Virus record (IMG/VR): IMGVR_UViG_3300013936_000013
Span: 77,246 to 141,245 of that record
Direction: 5' to 3' (one strand)
DNA length: 64,000 bases
From: a virus
Lineage: Duplodnaviria > Heunggongvirae > Uroviricota > Caudoviricetes
Shown here: one piece after another, positions 1-10,862 of the stretch
How the letters are laid out: each line of letters opens with the position of its first letter
How positions within the stretch are numbered: position 1 is the stretch's first letter
Notes under the pieces: generated by a model
The model's database searches: none
What the model saw: the letters and a program-made list of their open reading frames with translations, nothing else
Told to the model about the DNA's origin: nothing
Program-made: the position numbers and the translations under genes

Positions 1-1
1 C

Positions 2-364
2 ACTGGTGCCGTAAAAGATATGGGTTATGCAAATAATAACAGTATTCGTGATGTAGAATCTATGGTTCAAGCAAATGGTTATGAGCTAGGTAAAGGTTTC
101 TGCAATATGGCACAGGCTATTGATGGAGTAAAATATGATAGCTTGTTAAATACTCAAAATATTATGCATAATGATTGCCAGAATACTCAAAAGATTCTTG
201 ATGCTATTGCTGGTAATAGAATCGCTGATATGCAGAATCAAATTAATAGCTTACAGTTGCAAGCTGCTCTTTGCGGTGTCGTAAGATATCCGCAGGCAAC
301 TACTTATACTGCGGGTTACGCACCTTTTATTGGTAATACACCAAATTGTTGCGCAGGATATTAA
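2..364 (+). CDS. hypothetical protein, 5' end cut by window edge (Asn/Gln-rich, C-terminal CCAGY)
   Basis: Frame of ORF 20..364 is open back to position 2; TAA at 362-364; no recognisable motif. Confidence 0.4.
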   Translation, partial: TGAVKDMGYANNNSIRDVESMVQANGYELGKGFCNMAQAIDGVKYDSLLNTQNIMHNDCQNTQKILDAIAGNRIADMQNQINSLQLQAALCGVVRYPQATTYTAGYAPFIGNTPNCCAGY

Positions 365-377
365 TAGGAGGTAAATA

Positions 378-800
378 ATGGAAATTACAGCAAATGCTGT
401 TTAGACTGTTTTGTCTAATCAAGATGTTCTTTATACTGAAACCGCTGTAACTGGAAATAACTGTTCCATTTTGCATAGATAGGGCAGCGGTTTAGTTACA
501 TTGAGGGGACTAACTTCTCAATGTAGAGCTCGTTTTAAAGCTTATTTTTCTGGTAACATTGCGGTTCCGGCTGATGGGACAGCAGGTCCAGTATCATTAG
601 CTTTTACCTTAAATGGAGAGCCAATAGCAACAACAACTATGATAGCCACTCCTACTGCGGTTTCCGCATTTAATAATGTTTCTGATATGATTTATATTGA
701 TGTTCCTGCAGGATGCTGTTCTTAGGTAGCTGTAAGAAACATAGGAACAGCCGCAATTCAAGTTCAAAATGCAAATTTAATAGTTGAACGGGTAGCATAA
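378..800 (+). CDS. C1q/TNF-like (BclA C-terminal-like) jelly-roll domain protein; 3 in-frame TAG read through
   Basis: AGGAGG at 364-369, ATG 378; in-frame TAG at 402, 480, 723; frame continues to TAA 798-800; product ...FSGNIAVPADGTAGPVSLAFTLNGEPIATTTMIATPTAV...NANLIVERVA resembles BclA/C1q C-terminal domains. Confidence 0.45.
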
Positions 801-811
801 GGAGATAAATC

Positions 812-1021
812 ATGGAAAAATTAAAACATATTAAATGTGATTTAGAAGATTTAGTTTATAAAGAAATAGAAGCAAATGAAGCAACTAATTTAAGACATCT
901 TAATACACATGAACTTGGGGAAGTTATCGATATGATTAAGGATTTGTCTGAATCTATTTACTATTGTTCTATGACAAAAGAGACTGGAACTGATTTACAT
1001 ACTCAGTCAACTAAATCTTAA
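812..1021 (+). CDS. hypothetical small protein (69 aa)
   Basis: AAGGAGA RBS then ATG 812; intact ORF; followed by terminator hairpin. Confidence 0.5.
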   Translation: MEKLKHIKCDLEDLVYKEIEANEATNLRHLNTHELGEVIDMIKDLSESIYYCSMTKETGTDLHTQSTKS

Positions 1022-1027
1022 TAATAA

Positions 1028-1067
1028 TGGGATTCTTATTTAATTATAAGAATCCCATTTTTTTTTG
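1028..1067. terminator. bidirectional rho-independent terminator between convergent genes
   Basis: Inverted repeat gggattctta...taagaatccc followed by T-run. Confidence 0.7.
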
Positions 1068-1577
1068 TTACTCCCAATTAATTTCATTATTCTATTTAGA
1101 CCAGTAAGCATATCCAATACCTATGGCATCTGCTTCATCATCATTGACAACAATACCATAAGTATCTTTCACAAAATCAATATCTGCTTGTTTAAGAGAT
1201 TCACGATAGGTTCCTCTGCCAGTTTTAATTCCACAAGTCTATCGCCAAGAACTGGGATATAAATATTCAATTTTAGTATTTTTGCTATTATCATGTAACA
1301 TAAAGATAATACTTGCTTGAAGCCACATTAATACTTTATGCGTATGAATATTACCAGGTCCAGTCTAACCATTTTCAGGTCTAACTTCTTCCAACACAAC
1401 AGTAGAAATATCTGTATATTTTAAAAAGATATTTTTAACTTCTTCAGTAATCTTATAAATGCGGGAAATGACATCTGTGGAAGAAGCAGTGATACAGCCA
1501 TGTGCTTCTAGTCCCTTATCATTAAAAAGACTCCAACCTGTACTCTTAGTAGATAAATCCAATGCTAAAGTTCTCAT
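1068..1577 (-). CDS. ruvC: RuvC-like Holliday junction resolvase; 3 in-frame TAG
   Basis: N-term MRTLALDLSTKSTGWSLF (RuvC motif); ORF 1365..1577 ends in TAG and the same frame continues through two more TAG to TAA at 1068; C-term ...VNDDEADAIGIGYAY matches RuvC. Confidence 0.75.
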
Positions 1578-1672
1578 TATTTCACCTCTTATTCTAGTAT
1601 ATCATAAAAAAAGTATTTTGTCAAAAAAAATAAGAGAGTAGTTTTTATAACTACTCTCTTATATATTATCTA

Positions 1673-2113
1673 TTAGGTTCCAGTATGACCAAAACCGCCA
1701 GTTCCACGTTCAGTATCTTCTTTATCAAAAGAAGTAACAAAAGTAGGAATAACATTTAAATAAGGCTGAATTACCAACTGAGCAATGCGGTCTTTAGGAT
1801 AAATATCCTGATATTCATTAGAATCATTATGAAGCGGAATACCCACTTCACCGCGATAGTCAGAATCAATTACTGCAACACAATTAGCAAGACGTAAGCC
1901 ACGTTTAGTAGAAAGACCAGACCGGGGATAAATTGCTCCAAAACATCCATTAGGAATTTCCATTGCTAATCCAGTTGGAATCATTTTAGTTTCATGTGGA
2001 GCAATAGTAACAGTATTTTGGATAGCTGCATATAAATCCATGCCTGCAGAATCTGCGGTTCCTCTAGTAGGCAAAACCGCATAATCATTCAATGCTTTAA
2101 TTCCAAGTTCCAT
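1673..2113 (-). CDS. dut: dUTP diphosphatase (trimeric dUTPase)
   Basis: Motifs AGMDLYA, IPTGLAMEIP, RSGLS, GHTGT in the 146-aa ORF. Confidence 0.85.
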   Translation of the reverse strand: MELGIKALNDYAVLPTRGTADSAGMDLYAAIQNTVTIAPHETKMIPTGLAMEIPNGCFGAIYPRSGLSTKRGLRLANCVAVIDSDYRGEVGIPLHNDSNEYQDIYPKDRIAQLVIQPYLNVIPTFVTSFDKEDTERGTGGFGHTGT

Positions 2114-2361
2114 TAGACATCCTCCGCATCATAAGTAACAGTAGTCTGAACAGAAGGCTCTTTAATATCAGTGAAGCTCTTGGTCAAAGTAACCTTATAA
2201 TATTCTTCAATAATTTCGCCTTTTTGCTTTTTTTCTTTATGCTCAGTAGAATACTTAGTTAGAATAAAATTGCCATCTTTCTTAGCATCTTCAATAAGCA
2301 TCATTGCTTCATTTTCAGTATCTACGCGATGGACTTCAGTTGTACTAATAAGAAATTTCAT
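2113..2361 (-). CDS. hypothetical protein (82 aa)
   Basis: Intact ORF overlapping ATGA junction with dut. Confidence 0.5.
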   Translation of the reverse strand: MKFLISTTEVHRVDTENEAMMLIEDAKKDGNFILTKYSTEHKEKKQKGEIIEEYYKVTLTKSFTDIKEPSVQTTVTYDAEDV

Positions 2362-2368
2362 ATAATCC

Positions 2369-2629
2369 TCACAAAATAGTATAATTAATAGTATTGTTAG
2401 AATAAGTTTTTAATTCATGCTCTTGAAGTTTTTTAATTAGACCTTGCAGATAGACTTGAGGTCCAGCAAAAGCTATATCAGTAATTGAATATTCTTTTGC
2501 TTTTTCAGGTAATGTAGTCAGAAAAGTCAAAGTATCTAATGAAAAAGTATCTACAATTTCATGGTCTTCTACGATATCTAGCTTTTGTTTTGCATCAAAA
2601 GGAGCAATCATACATACAATTTTACGCAT
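2369..2629 (-). CDS. hypothetical protein (86 aa)
   Basis: Intact ORF in operon. Confidence 0.5.
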   Translation of the reverse strand: MRKIVCMIAPFDAKQKLDIVEDHEIVDTFSLDTLTFLTTLPEKAKEYSITDIAFAGPQVYLQGLIKKLQEHELKTYSNNTINYTIL

Positions 2630-3009
2630 TAAATCTCAATCACTCCTCTGTCATAAGGGAAGAAGAAATATGCGTGCATTTCATGGTCGTCATAATTCTT
2701 AACCCAAATTTCGATTACATCATCTTCATTTTTAGTAATATCATAAATGCAGCCTAAATCAGTCTTAACCAAATCTACAATATCTTCTGCAGTTTTTAGA
2801 CCAATATTTGCATGAAGCAATCTATGAGAAAGATGATATAAAGTATAATAATTATATTCGCGGCAAAGCAACATAAAGTAATCCTTGCCTGCATTAATGT
2901 AAGGAGCTAAAACCTCATTAATTCCTCTCTGGATCTGCTCTTTAGTCAAAGGCGGAAGTTGAGCGTATAGGTTCTTATTAGCTTCATACATAGTTAATTT
3001 TGCATCCAT
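2629..3009 (-). CDS. hypothetical protein (126 aa)
   Basis: Intact ORF in operon. Confidence 0.5.
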   Translation of the reverse strand: MDAKLTMYEANKNLYAQLPPLTKEQIQRGINEVLAPYINAGKDYFMLLCREYNYYTLYHLSHRLLHANIGLKTAEDIVDLVKTDLGCIYDITKNEDDVIEIWVKNYDDHEMHAYFFFPYDRGVIEI

Positions 3010-3049
3010 TTTTTCACACTCCTTATATAAAAGTATAACATATTTTATT

Positions 3050-3550
3050 TTAAAAATCTATTCCTTTATAAAGGATTCTTTGATTTGATGAGCCACGAAG
3101 ATAAAGAGTTAAATCTCGTTTATCCTGCTCAAATCGCCCATCAATAAGAACATCTATATCACGAAGAATAGAACCTATATAAATGCTTTTAATAGATTTA
3201 AGTTCTTCTAAGGTATATCCAGACCAAAGAAAGATTTTAATATTAGGATATTCTAAACGAACTTTTCGGATAACTTCCATAGTTAAAGCACTGTTTTGAG
3301 GAGCCATAGGTTCTCCGCCTAAGATAGAAAAATTTCTATGAATTCCATTAGCTCCAATAGCCGCAATTATTTCATTAGTTATTTCATCTATTGTGGCGGT
3401 TTTGCCTTTTGTAAAATCCCAAGTCTCAGGATTATGGCACCCAAGACAGTGATGAGGACATCCTTGTGTCCAAAAACTTACGCAAATTCCTTCCCCATCT
3501 ACAATATCATTTTTTTTGATAGTGGCATAATGACATAACAATTCATTCAT
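3050..3550 (-). CDS. nrdG: anaerobic ribonucleotide reductase activating protein (radical SAM)
   Basis: CxxxCxxC radical-SAM motif GCPHHCLGCHNPETW; directly downstream of nrdD. Confidence 0.8.
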   Translation of the reverse strand: MNELLCHYATIKKNDIVDGEGICVSFWTQGCPHHCLGCHNPETWDFTKGKTATIDEITNEIIAAIGANGIHRNFSILGGEPMAPQNSALTMEVIRKVRLEYPNIKIFLWSGYTLEELKSIKSIYIGSILRDIDVLIDGRFEQDKRDLTLYLRGSSNQRILYKGIDF

Positions 3551-3561
3551 TTCTATATTCC

Positions 3562-5841
3562 TTACTCATCGAGATGAACCACGCGATCTGCAATTTCTTG
3601 AGTGCGACCAAAATTCCATTGATTCGTCCCAATGTATCCGCAGGTGCGTCTCGCAATATTTAACTTAGTATGGTCTTTACATCCACACTGAGGACAATAC
3701 CATTCCATATCTGAAGTTAATTGCATTTCTCCATCATAACCACAATTCTGACAATAATCAGATTTGGTATTTAATTCTGCGTACATGATATTATTATAAA
3801 TGAATTTGATAACTTCATATACAGCTTCAATATTATTTTGAAGATTAGGAGTTTCAATATAGCTAATAGCTCCGCCAGGACTTAGTTTCTGGAATTTTGA
3901 CTCAATAGCTAACTTAGAAAAAGCATCAATCTTTTCAAACACAGGCACATGATAACTATTAGTAATATAGTTTCTATCTTTGCCATCTAGTTTTACAAAA
4001 ATATCATCACCAAAACGCTTTTTTAAACATTTTGCGAATTTGTAAGTAGTAGATTCAATAGGCGAACCATATAGACTATAATCAATATCTTCCGCGGCTT
4101 TCCACTGCGCGCACTTATCATTGAGAGCCTGCATAATTTGGAGTCCGAATTTTTCACCTTCACCGCCATCAGTATGAGAATGTCCAGTCATATATTTTAC
4201 GCATTCATATAAACCTGCATACCCAAGGCTAATTGTAGCATAGCCATGATGCAGCAATTCAGTAATAGACTCGTGGCGGTCAAGACGTGCAAACGCGCCA
4301 TTTTGCCATAGGATAGGAGCTACATCTGAGGTAATACCTTCGAGTCGTTTAATACGAGTTTTTAATCCTCTATGGCATAATTCAGTTCTTTCTTCAAAGA
4401 GCTTCCAGAAAGTATCAAAATTACCTTCAGAAGAAAAAGCAATATCAGGAAGATTAATAGTGGTGACACCCGCATTAAATCTACCATAGTATTTGCCTTT
4501 TGTTGCATCATAGTTTAGGGCTCTTGCCCAGTTTTTTGTAGTGCGGTCTGGAGTCAGGAAGGATCTGCATCCCATACAAGGGTAAGCCTCGCCCTGATTG
4601 GTAGAAGGATTGATTTTAAGTTCCTTCATCTTCTTTTCAGAAATATAATCAGGAACCATTCTCTTAGCGGTGCATTCTGCAGCCTTCCATGTTAGATAAT
4701 AATACTTAGACTGAGGATAAATATTATCTTCCTCAAGTACATAAAGAAGTTTAGGAAAAGCCTGAGTGATATAGACTCCAACTTCATTCTTCATGCCTTG
4801 CTTACGTTGTTCAAGAAATTCTTCAATTAACATAGCAAGTTCTTCTTTATATTCATCTGTTTCATTTAGATACATACAGACAGAAACAAAAGGTGCTTGA
4901 CCATTAGTTGTAGACATAGAATTAATTTGATAATTAAAGGTCTGAACAGCATCACGAACTTCTTTCTTTAGACGCTTCATAGCAAATTTCTTTACCATTT
5001 CTTCATCTTCAATACCAAGTTCTTTTAATTCATTTGTAACATCATTTAAATAAAAATCATAACTCATACGAACAAAAGGTGCAAGATGAGTTAAAGAAAT
5101 GGTACAACCGCCATACTGAGAACTAGCTACTGCGGTAATAATTTGAGTAGAAACAGTAGTAGCAGTTAGAAGTCGATGCTGAGGATCAATACGAATACCA
5201 TTAATAACAGTACCATTCATTAGCATATCTTCCAAATTAATAAGGCAACAATTAGTTAATGCATTCTGAGCAAGATAATCAAGGTCATGCATATGAAGAA
5301 TGCCTTCATCATGCGCATCTCGAACATCTTCATCAAGTAAGAATCTGCGGCTAATATCAGTACTAACAATACCTGCCATATAGTCGCGCTGAACAGTTAC
5401 AGTATCAGCATCTTTGTTTGAGTTTTCTCGCTTCCAGTACTCATTGGTTCCTGCAAGTAATTCAAGAACAGTCTTATCAGTTAAATTACCCCGCTTTTGA
5501 TTACGTTCATTTCGATATAAGATATAGGCTTTTGCAACATCTTTTCGTTTAGTTGCCATTAAGCCTTTCTCAACTAAATCTTGTACATCCTCAACAGTGA
5601 AATACATATCATCATGGTTAAGGGGAAATCTATCTCCTTTAGGAATTTCTTCCCAATGAGAATAAACTTGACGTTTATGCTCTTTTGCTTTTTCAAGAAC
5701 GTAATCTGCAATATTATTAGCTTTTAGAATAGCATAATCAGAAATACTTCCATCTACTTCCTAAAAAGCAGCGCAAACAGCATCAATAATTTTGCCTTTC
5801 TCAAATGGTACGATTCGACCATCACGCTTAATAATTTTCAT
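3562..5841 (-). CDS. nrdD: anaerobic (class III) ribonucleoside-triphosphate reductase with N-terminal ATP-cone; 1 in-frame TAG
   Basis: 681-aa ORF has glycyl-radical C-terminus and Zn Cys cluster (CPQCGCKDH...RTCGY); upstream in-frame extension through TAG (~5760) adds ATP-cone MKIIKRDGRIVPFEKGKI with AGGAGG RBS before ATG 5841. Confidence 0.8.
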
Positions 5842-5913
5842 ATAAAACCTCCTAAGTAGTTAAATATTTTTAAGGATTCTTAATTTATATGATTATTTAC
5901 TTTATAAAATTAA

Positions 5914-6507
5914 TTAATTTAGACCAGTAACAAAATTCTTTACAGCTGGAATATTATGAACATTAAAAAAGTCTCCATCCCCATCATTGATATAATAAGG
6001 AATGTTAAAATCATTTTTCATATTATCCTTTGGATCTTCATACTCAAAGAAATCATGCTCGTCAGCAAGAAATCTGCGGCAAATCTCTGCGTAACTAGGA
6101 TTCTGTTCTCTCATAATGCTACGAAGCAGTCGAGTTTTAGGCGAAGCATAGATATAGATAGGTAGAATCTCGAAACGAGGATCCCGCTTCATAATTTCTA
6201 ACATGGTCAAATTAAAAGCGCCAATATTGATTTGATTCTTTTTTAGTGTTGCAATGTCAATGCCATAATTCCAGCTATTGAACTGAGAAGCTCCAACAAT
6301 TTGGTCATTACCCATTTTAGAAAAGAAAACTTGATCAGAAATAAAATGATAATTAATATGATTTTTTTCATAGCTACGCATAGGACGAGTAGTAGTTAGA
6401 ATAATTTTATTAAAATGATATTCAGGAAGATTAGACGCCATCCAGTCAACGATGGTATCCTTACCCGCACCACTTTTACCAATAAGCGCAAGAATTTTAA
6501 TTGCCAT
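5914..6507 (-). CDS. deoxynucleoside monophosphate kinase (T4 gp1-like P-loop kinase)
   Basis: Walker A GKSGAGKDT at N-terminus; 197 aa. Confidence 0.6.
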   Translation of the reverse strand: MAIKILALIGKSGAGKDTIVDWMASNLPEYHFNKIILTTTRPMRSYEKNHINYHFISDQVFFSKMGNDQIVGASQFNSWNYGIDIATLKKNQINIGAFNLTMLEIMKRDPRFEILPIYIYASPKTRLLRSIMREQNPSYAEICRRFLADEHDFFEYEDPKDNMKNDFNIPYYINDGDGDFFNVHNIPAVKNFVTGLN

Positions 6508-6532
6508 ATATTAAGCTCCTTTATATTTTTAC

Positions 6533-6554
6533 TATTATATTATAACATAAAAAA
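6533..6554 (-). promoter_or_regulatory. conserved extended -10 promoter (TGTTATAATATA with upstream A-tract) for dNMP kinase operon
   Basis: Minus-strand reads aaaaaaTGTTATAATATAat; one of >=17 copies of this motif upstream of minus-strand genes. Confidence 0.6.
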
Positions 6555-6583
6555 CGTCATTTATCAATAAATGACGTTTTTAC
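6549..6583. terminator. terminator hairpin downstream of DNA polymerase gene
   Basis: aaaacgtcattta / taaatgacgtttt inverted repeat flanked by A/T runs. Confidence 0.65.
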
Positions 6584-6588
6584 TTAAA

Positions 6589-9500
6589 TTAATTTACTGA
6601 GTAGCGTTCATGCTCAAGTTCAATATCACCATCATGGATAGCCATAATTTGATATAACTGATGAGTTTTTGTATGCTTATAAGTTTTAGTCTGGAACATG
6701 TCATCACGTCTAAAGCCAGTTACCATGATTTTAGTTCCTCGTGTAAACCAGCTCTTTTCAACAACTTTCTTACTGCCATCAGGCTGGACTTCAGAAAGTT
6801 GTCTATTGTACATTGCAAAATATTCTTTTGTAAATTTAACATTTACAACACCATCAAGAGTTAGCAAAGAAATAGAAGAACGAGTATCATTTTTTCCAAT
6901 TACAGTACCTATAATTTTGTAAGTTTTATAAATAGGAATATCTTTACCATTTCTCTTGAAAGTTGTTTCAATAACAGGAGTAGTAGGAAGTTCAAAGAAA
7001 TTACTTAAGCCATATTTAACAGTATCAACAGAAGCTAATACATGTTTATGATAATAGAAACACAAACTTTCCATTTCCCAATCAGAAATGCTACCTAAAG
7101 CATATTTATTCCAACTTTCCATGAAAAGCATAGTGTTTAATTGATTAAGAACTTCATTCTGATTATCTTTTAACCAATTTCTGGCATCATCCATAACTTT
7201 CTTATAAATTTTATCCCATGTAGATTGAAGAATACAGGTACAACCATTAATTACAGACAGATTTTCTTCACTGAAATAATCATTATAAAAAGCCAAGCAA
7301 TTATCATCAAAAAGATAACATTTATCTACTTTCTTTTCTTTCAGGTATTTATTAAAAGCAAAAACTCTTTTCTGTAAGTCTAATTCATCAGGAACTAATC
7401 CTTTTTGCATTAGAGTGCTAAAGTTTTGTAGATTTAACTTAGTTTTACCTTCATATACAGACAGAATATAAAAAGCCATAATTGCAAAACGCGGTTCTGC
7501 ACAAATTTCTTTTGCCCAATGTTCATCAACCTTATCAAAAGCTCCTGCTTTAATTAAAGAAATCATAACAGTTTTATTAAGTGGGCAGCGTCTCATAAAA
7601 TCTACAATTCCAGAATAAGGACGTCCAGCAATGATTGCATCAATAATCGGTCCACCAACCTTATTAACACCCTTCATGCCAAACAAAATTTCATTATTTT
7701 CAGGATCAGGTTCAAAACTATAACTAGATTTGTTAATATCAACTAAAGAGATTTTAATACCACGAGAACGAATATCTCCAATAGCTTTAGCTAACTTACC
7801 ATAATCAGTAGTTTTGTCTTTCTTATCGGTTGCATCTTCATCATCATCTTCTTCAGATTCAAGAGATGCACTATTAATAATTAAACAGGCGGTGTTCCAA
7901 TAAATTGGATTCCAACGAGTTGCAATATAAATAGTCTGAAAACCGATGAAACTATAAGCCAATGCGTGTATGACGGAAAAAGAGTAACCTAGCTGGGGAG
8001 CGACACCACACTTCCAAATATACTTACCCAAACAAGGACTTTTTGCTTGCTTAAGAACTTTATCTCGAAGCTCAGGAATCTTAGACATTTGTTTCTTACC
8101 AACAATTTTGCGGGCTGCATTAGCTTCAGCGAGCGTGAAACCGCAAATCTTCTCATCCATTAACATTTTCATCAGCTGCTCTTGGCTTGGCGGGACACCA
8201 TAAGATTGTTTAAAATAAGGTTCAACTGTCTTTTGCTCTTCTTTTGTCAAACCATACTCATTCATTTCTCGATACCACAGATTAATATTATTCTTAAAAC
8301 GGATATATTTTTCCATAGGTGTCTCTTCGCCTTTTTCTGAGGTCATTAGTCTCATCAAGCCATTGGCGTCTGCCATCTCAAAGATGCTGTTCGGTTTAAT
8401 CTTTTTCGCCGCCTGACTTCCGACATCAGAATCAAACTGAAAGATATTCAAAACAGAGTTATCATGCAGAACGTTCCAATACTTCTGGTCATTAATAGGC
8501 AAAACCGCAGGATGAAAATATTTATTATAGACTTCTTTCAAAGAGAGTTCAGGTTCAATTTCACCATGCTCTTGTAAAAGATGGATAGCCTCGACCAATT
8601 TATCTTGGACCTCGGTAACAAGAAAATCATACTTAGTCATTCCAGCGGCCTCGCACATATGGAGGTCATATTGAGTGATAACCTCTCCTTTCGGAGTCTT
8701 CATAAAACATCCAAATTCATACGGGTCTTCATCAAAAAGAATAACACCAGATGCATGAGAGCTGCGTTTATTAACCAGACCCTCAATAGCAATCATAATA
8801 TCCATCAGACCTGGATACTGATTCACTTCCTTTAAAAAAAGCTGATTAGGCTTTCTATCTTTATCAGGATTACCATTAATAACATCTTTCAGCGGCCACA
8901 GGAAACCACGTTCACTAGGAATCAAAGAGGAAATATACTGAGCTGTATCGCTATCAATACCTTCAGGAAACTCTTCGCTACGATAACCGCGGCAAGCAGT
9001 AAGAATTGTGCTTCGAGTACCTTCAGTACCGAAAGTTGCAATTAGAGTGCAACCTAAGTTCTTGCGAGACAGCTCATCAATATTTGCATTAAATTTCTGA
9101 CCACGCTCTTCTTTAATCTTTTTAAGAATTAGAGGACGCTTACTAGGACAGAGATCCAAGTCAATATCACCTAGTTCTGTACGTTCTTTATTCAGATAAC
9201 GCCAGAATGGGAGCTCATACTTAATCGGATCCAACTGAGTAATACCAAGAAGATAATGATTTAAACCAGAACAACTTGAACCACGACCCGCACCAACAAT
9301 ACTACCACAATTCCAAAACAAATCAACATAATGCTGAAGAGTTACAGGATAAGCAAACATATTAGTTTCGAGCTTTTGTCCAATAGTTCTTTTAATATCG
9401 GCTTCCTCTTCTAGTCTTGCCACATAATCAAGATGGTCAAAAGGTGCACCAATATTTTTAATTAAAGAGTTCCAACATTCATTAATCCAATAACGCTCAA

Positions 9501-10551
9501 TCTTATCATCAGACGTAAACATAGATTTAAGAACTGGATAATTTTCAATCTCATCTCTATCAGAATTATTCACGCCAAAAGAACGCTTAGGATAATCACG
9601 AACTTCAACTTTAGGAATAGTTTGTTTATGGAGCAAACTATAATTCTCAATTTTGCTCCAAATTTCCATAGAATTTTGAAACATTTGATTGATAAACAAA
9701 GAATCAAAATTAGATTGGCTTAAATTTTGAAAGATTTCTTCATTGCTCTGAAGATAAGCATACTCATAGAAGTCATCGACCTCACGCTCACCGCCTTTAG
9801 AATTAAGATATGCCTTATGAACATATCTATCTTCTTTCCTTAAATAATGAGCATCAGTACCAATAACCATTTTAAGACCAAAACAATGCGCAATAGAAAC
9901 AAGTCTTTGATTAACCTTAATCTGGTCGGTGGAGCAGCCAGGAGCACACTCAATATAAAAATCTTCTCCAAAGAGTTCCTTGCACATAAGAATAAAATTC
10001 ACAATATCATTATGTGCTTCGACTTTTGAGTTTTCATCATTATGTTCTTCTGCTTTAATTAGATTTAAAGTTTGACTAGATACTTCACCGCCTAAGCAAG
10101 CAGTAGTAGCAATTAAACTATTTGGATATTTATGAACGATTTCTTTCAAATCATCATAAAGAGTAACAACACGCTCCATACCACGGTCATAATAACTATT
10201 CATCCATGCGCGACTAGACAACTCCCGCAAAGCTCTATGACCAGTTTTATTTTTTGCAATCAAAATAAAATGATAATATTTCTGTCCCATTTCGCGAGAA
10301 GGACAAAGATAAATCTCATTACCAAGAGCTACCTTAAAATCAGGATATTTCTCAGCAATCTTTTGAGCATAAATATTAACTTCCATGTGAGCGCAAAGCG
10401 CATCATGGTCAGTAATAGCAATACCCGCCAGACCTAATTCAATCGCTCTATTGATAAGATATTCTGCTCGATTAATGCAATCCAAGAGTCGAATATTCGA
10501 GTATTCTGTGTGCGAATGAATTTCAAACCTTTGGTTTAAAACTTTCAGCAA
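6589..10551 (-). CDS. dnaE: DNA polymerase III alpha-type replicative polymerase with N-terminal PHP domain (TTG start)
   Basis: 1320 aa; PHP motif HSHTEYSNIRLLDC at N-term; no in-frame TAG. Confidence 0.8.
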   Translation of the reverse strand: MLKVLNQRFEIHSHTEYSNIRLLDCINRAEYLINRAIELGLAGIAITDHDALCAHMEVNIYAQKIAEKYPDFKVALGNEIYLCPSREMGQKYYHFILIAKNKTGHRALRELSSRAWMNSYYDRGMERVVTLYDDLKEIVHKYPNSLIATTACLGGEVSSQTLNLIKAEEHNDENSKVEAHNDIVNFILMCKELFGEDFYIECAPGCSTDQIKVNQRLVSIAHCFGLKMVIGTDAHYLRKEDRYVHKAYLNSKGGEREVDDFYEYAYLQSNEEIFQNLSQSNFDSLFINQMFQNSMEIWSKIENYSLLHKQTIPKVEVRDYPKRSFGVNNSDRDEIENYPVLKSMFTSDDKIERYWINECWNSLIKNIGAPFDHLDYVARLEEEADIKRTIGQKLETNMFAYPVTLQHYVDLFWNCGSIVGAGRGSSCSGLNHYLLGITQLDPIKYELPFWRYLNKERTELGDIDLDLCPSKRPLILKKIKEERGQKFNANIDELSRKNLGCTLIATFGTEGTRSTILTACRGYRSEEFPEGIDSDTAQYISSLIPSERGFLWPLKDVINGNPDKDRKPNQLFLKEVNQYPGLMDIMIAIEGLVNKRSSHASGVILFDEDPYEFGCFMKTPKGEVITQYDLHMCEAAGMTKYDFLVTEVQDKLVEAIHLLQEHGEIEPELSLKEVYNKYFHPAVLPINDQKYWNVLHDNSVLNIFQFDSDVGSQAAKKIKPNSIFEMADANGLMRLMTSEKGEETPMEKYIRFKNNINLWYREMNEYGLTKEEQKTVEPYFKQSYGVPPSQEQLMKMLMDEKICGFTLAEANAARKIVGKKQMSKIPELRDKVLKQAKSPCLGKYIWKCGVAPQLGYSFSVIHALAYSFIGFQTIYIATRWNPIYWNTACLIINSASLESEEDDDEDATDKKDKTTDYGKLAKAIGDIRSRGIKISLVDINKSSYSFEPDPENNEILFGMKGVNKVGGPIIDAIIAGRPYSGIVDFMRRCPLNKTVMISLIKAGAFDKVDEHWAKEICAEPRFAIMAFYILSVYEGKTKLNLQNFSTLMQKGLVPDELDLQKRVFAFNKYLKEKKVDKCYLFDDNCLAFYNDYFSEENLSVINGCTCILQSTWDKIYKKVMDDARNWLKDNQNEVLNQLNTMLFMESWNKYALGSISDWEMESLCFYYHKHVLASVDTVKYGLSNFFELPTTPVIETTFKRNGKDIPIYKTYKIIGTVIGKNDTRSSISLLTLDGVVNVKFTKEYFAMYNRQLSEVQPDGSKKVVEKSWFTRGTKIMVTGFRRDDMFQTKTYKHTKTHQLYQIMAIHDGDIELEHERYSVN

Positions 10552-10570
10552 TCTTATGCCCCCTTACTTT

Positions 10571-10596
10571 ATATAATATATTATAACATATTTTTT
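10571..10596 (-). promoter_or_regulatory. conserved extended -10 promoter (TGTTATAAT) upstream of polymerase gene
   Basis: Motif copy tatattataacatatttttt on plus strand. Confidence 0.55.
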
Positions 10597-10855
10597 AGAT
10601 AATTGCAGAAATAGGTCTTAGATTAAATCCTGTTTGAGGAAGTTTCAAAGATTGAATTAAATATCTACAATACCATCCTTCTGAGGTTTCATATAAATCA
10701 GATTCTTTAAAACCATTCTACTTTGCCCAATCATAAGCTAATTCTTTAGCTGTTGGTTTATGGTCAAATTCAGAAACAACGTATAAAATATAATTTTCAA
10801 AACCTTCTGTTCCTGTCTCTGCAGTCTAAATTACATAAGATAAATAATAATACAT
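10595..10855 (-). CDS. hypothetical small protein (86 aa); 2 in-frame TAG
   Basis: GAGG RBS + ATG 10855; open through 2 TAG to TAA 10595. Confidence 0.4.
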
Positions 10856-10862
10856 AAAAACC

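Noticed and set aside
1065-1262. 65-aa plus-strand ORF
   Set aside because: Antisense to the RuvC-like gene once its TAG codons are read through.
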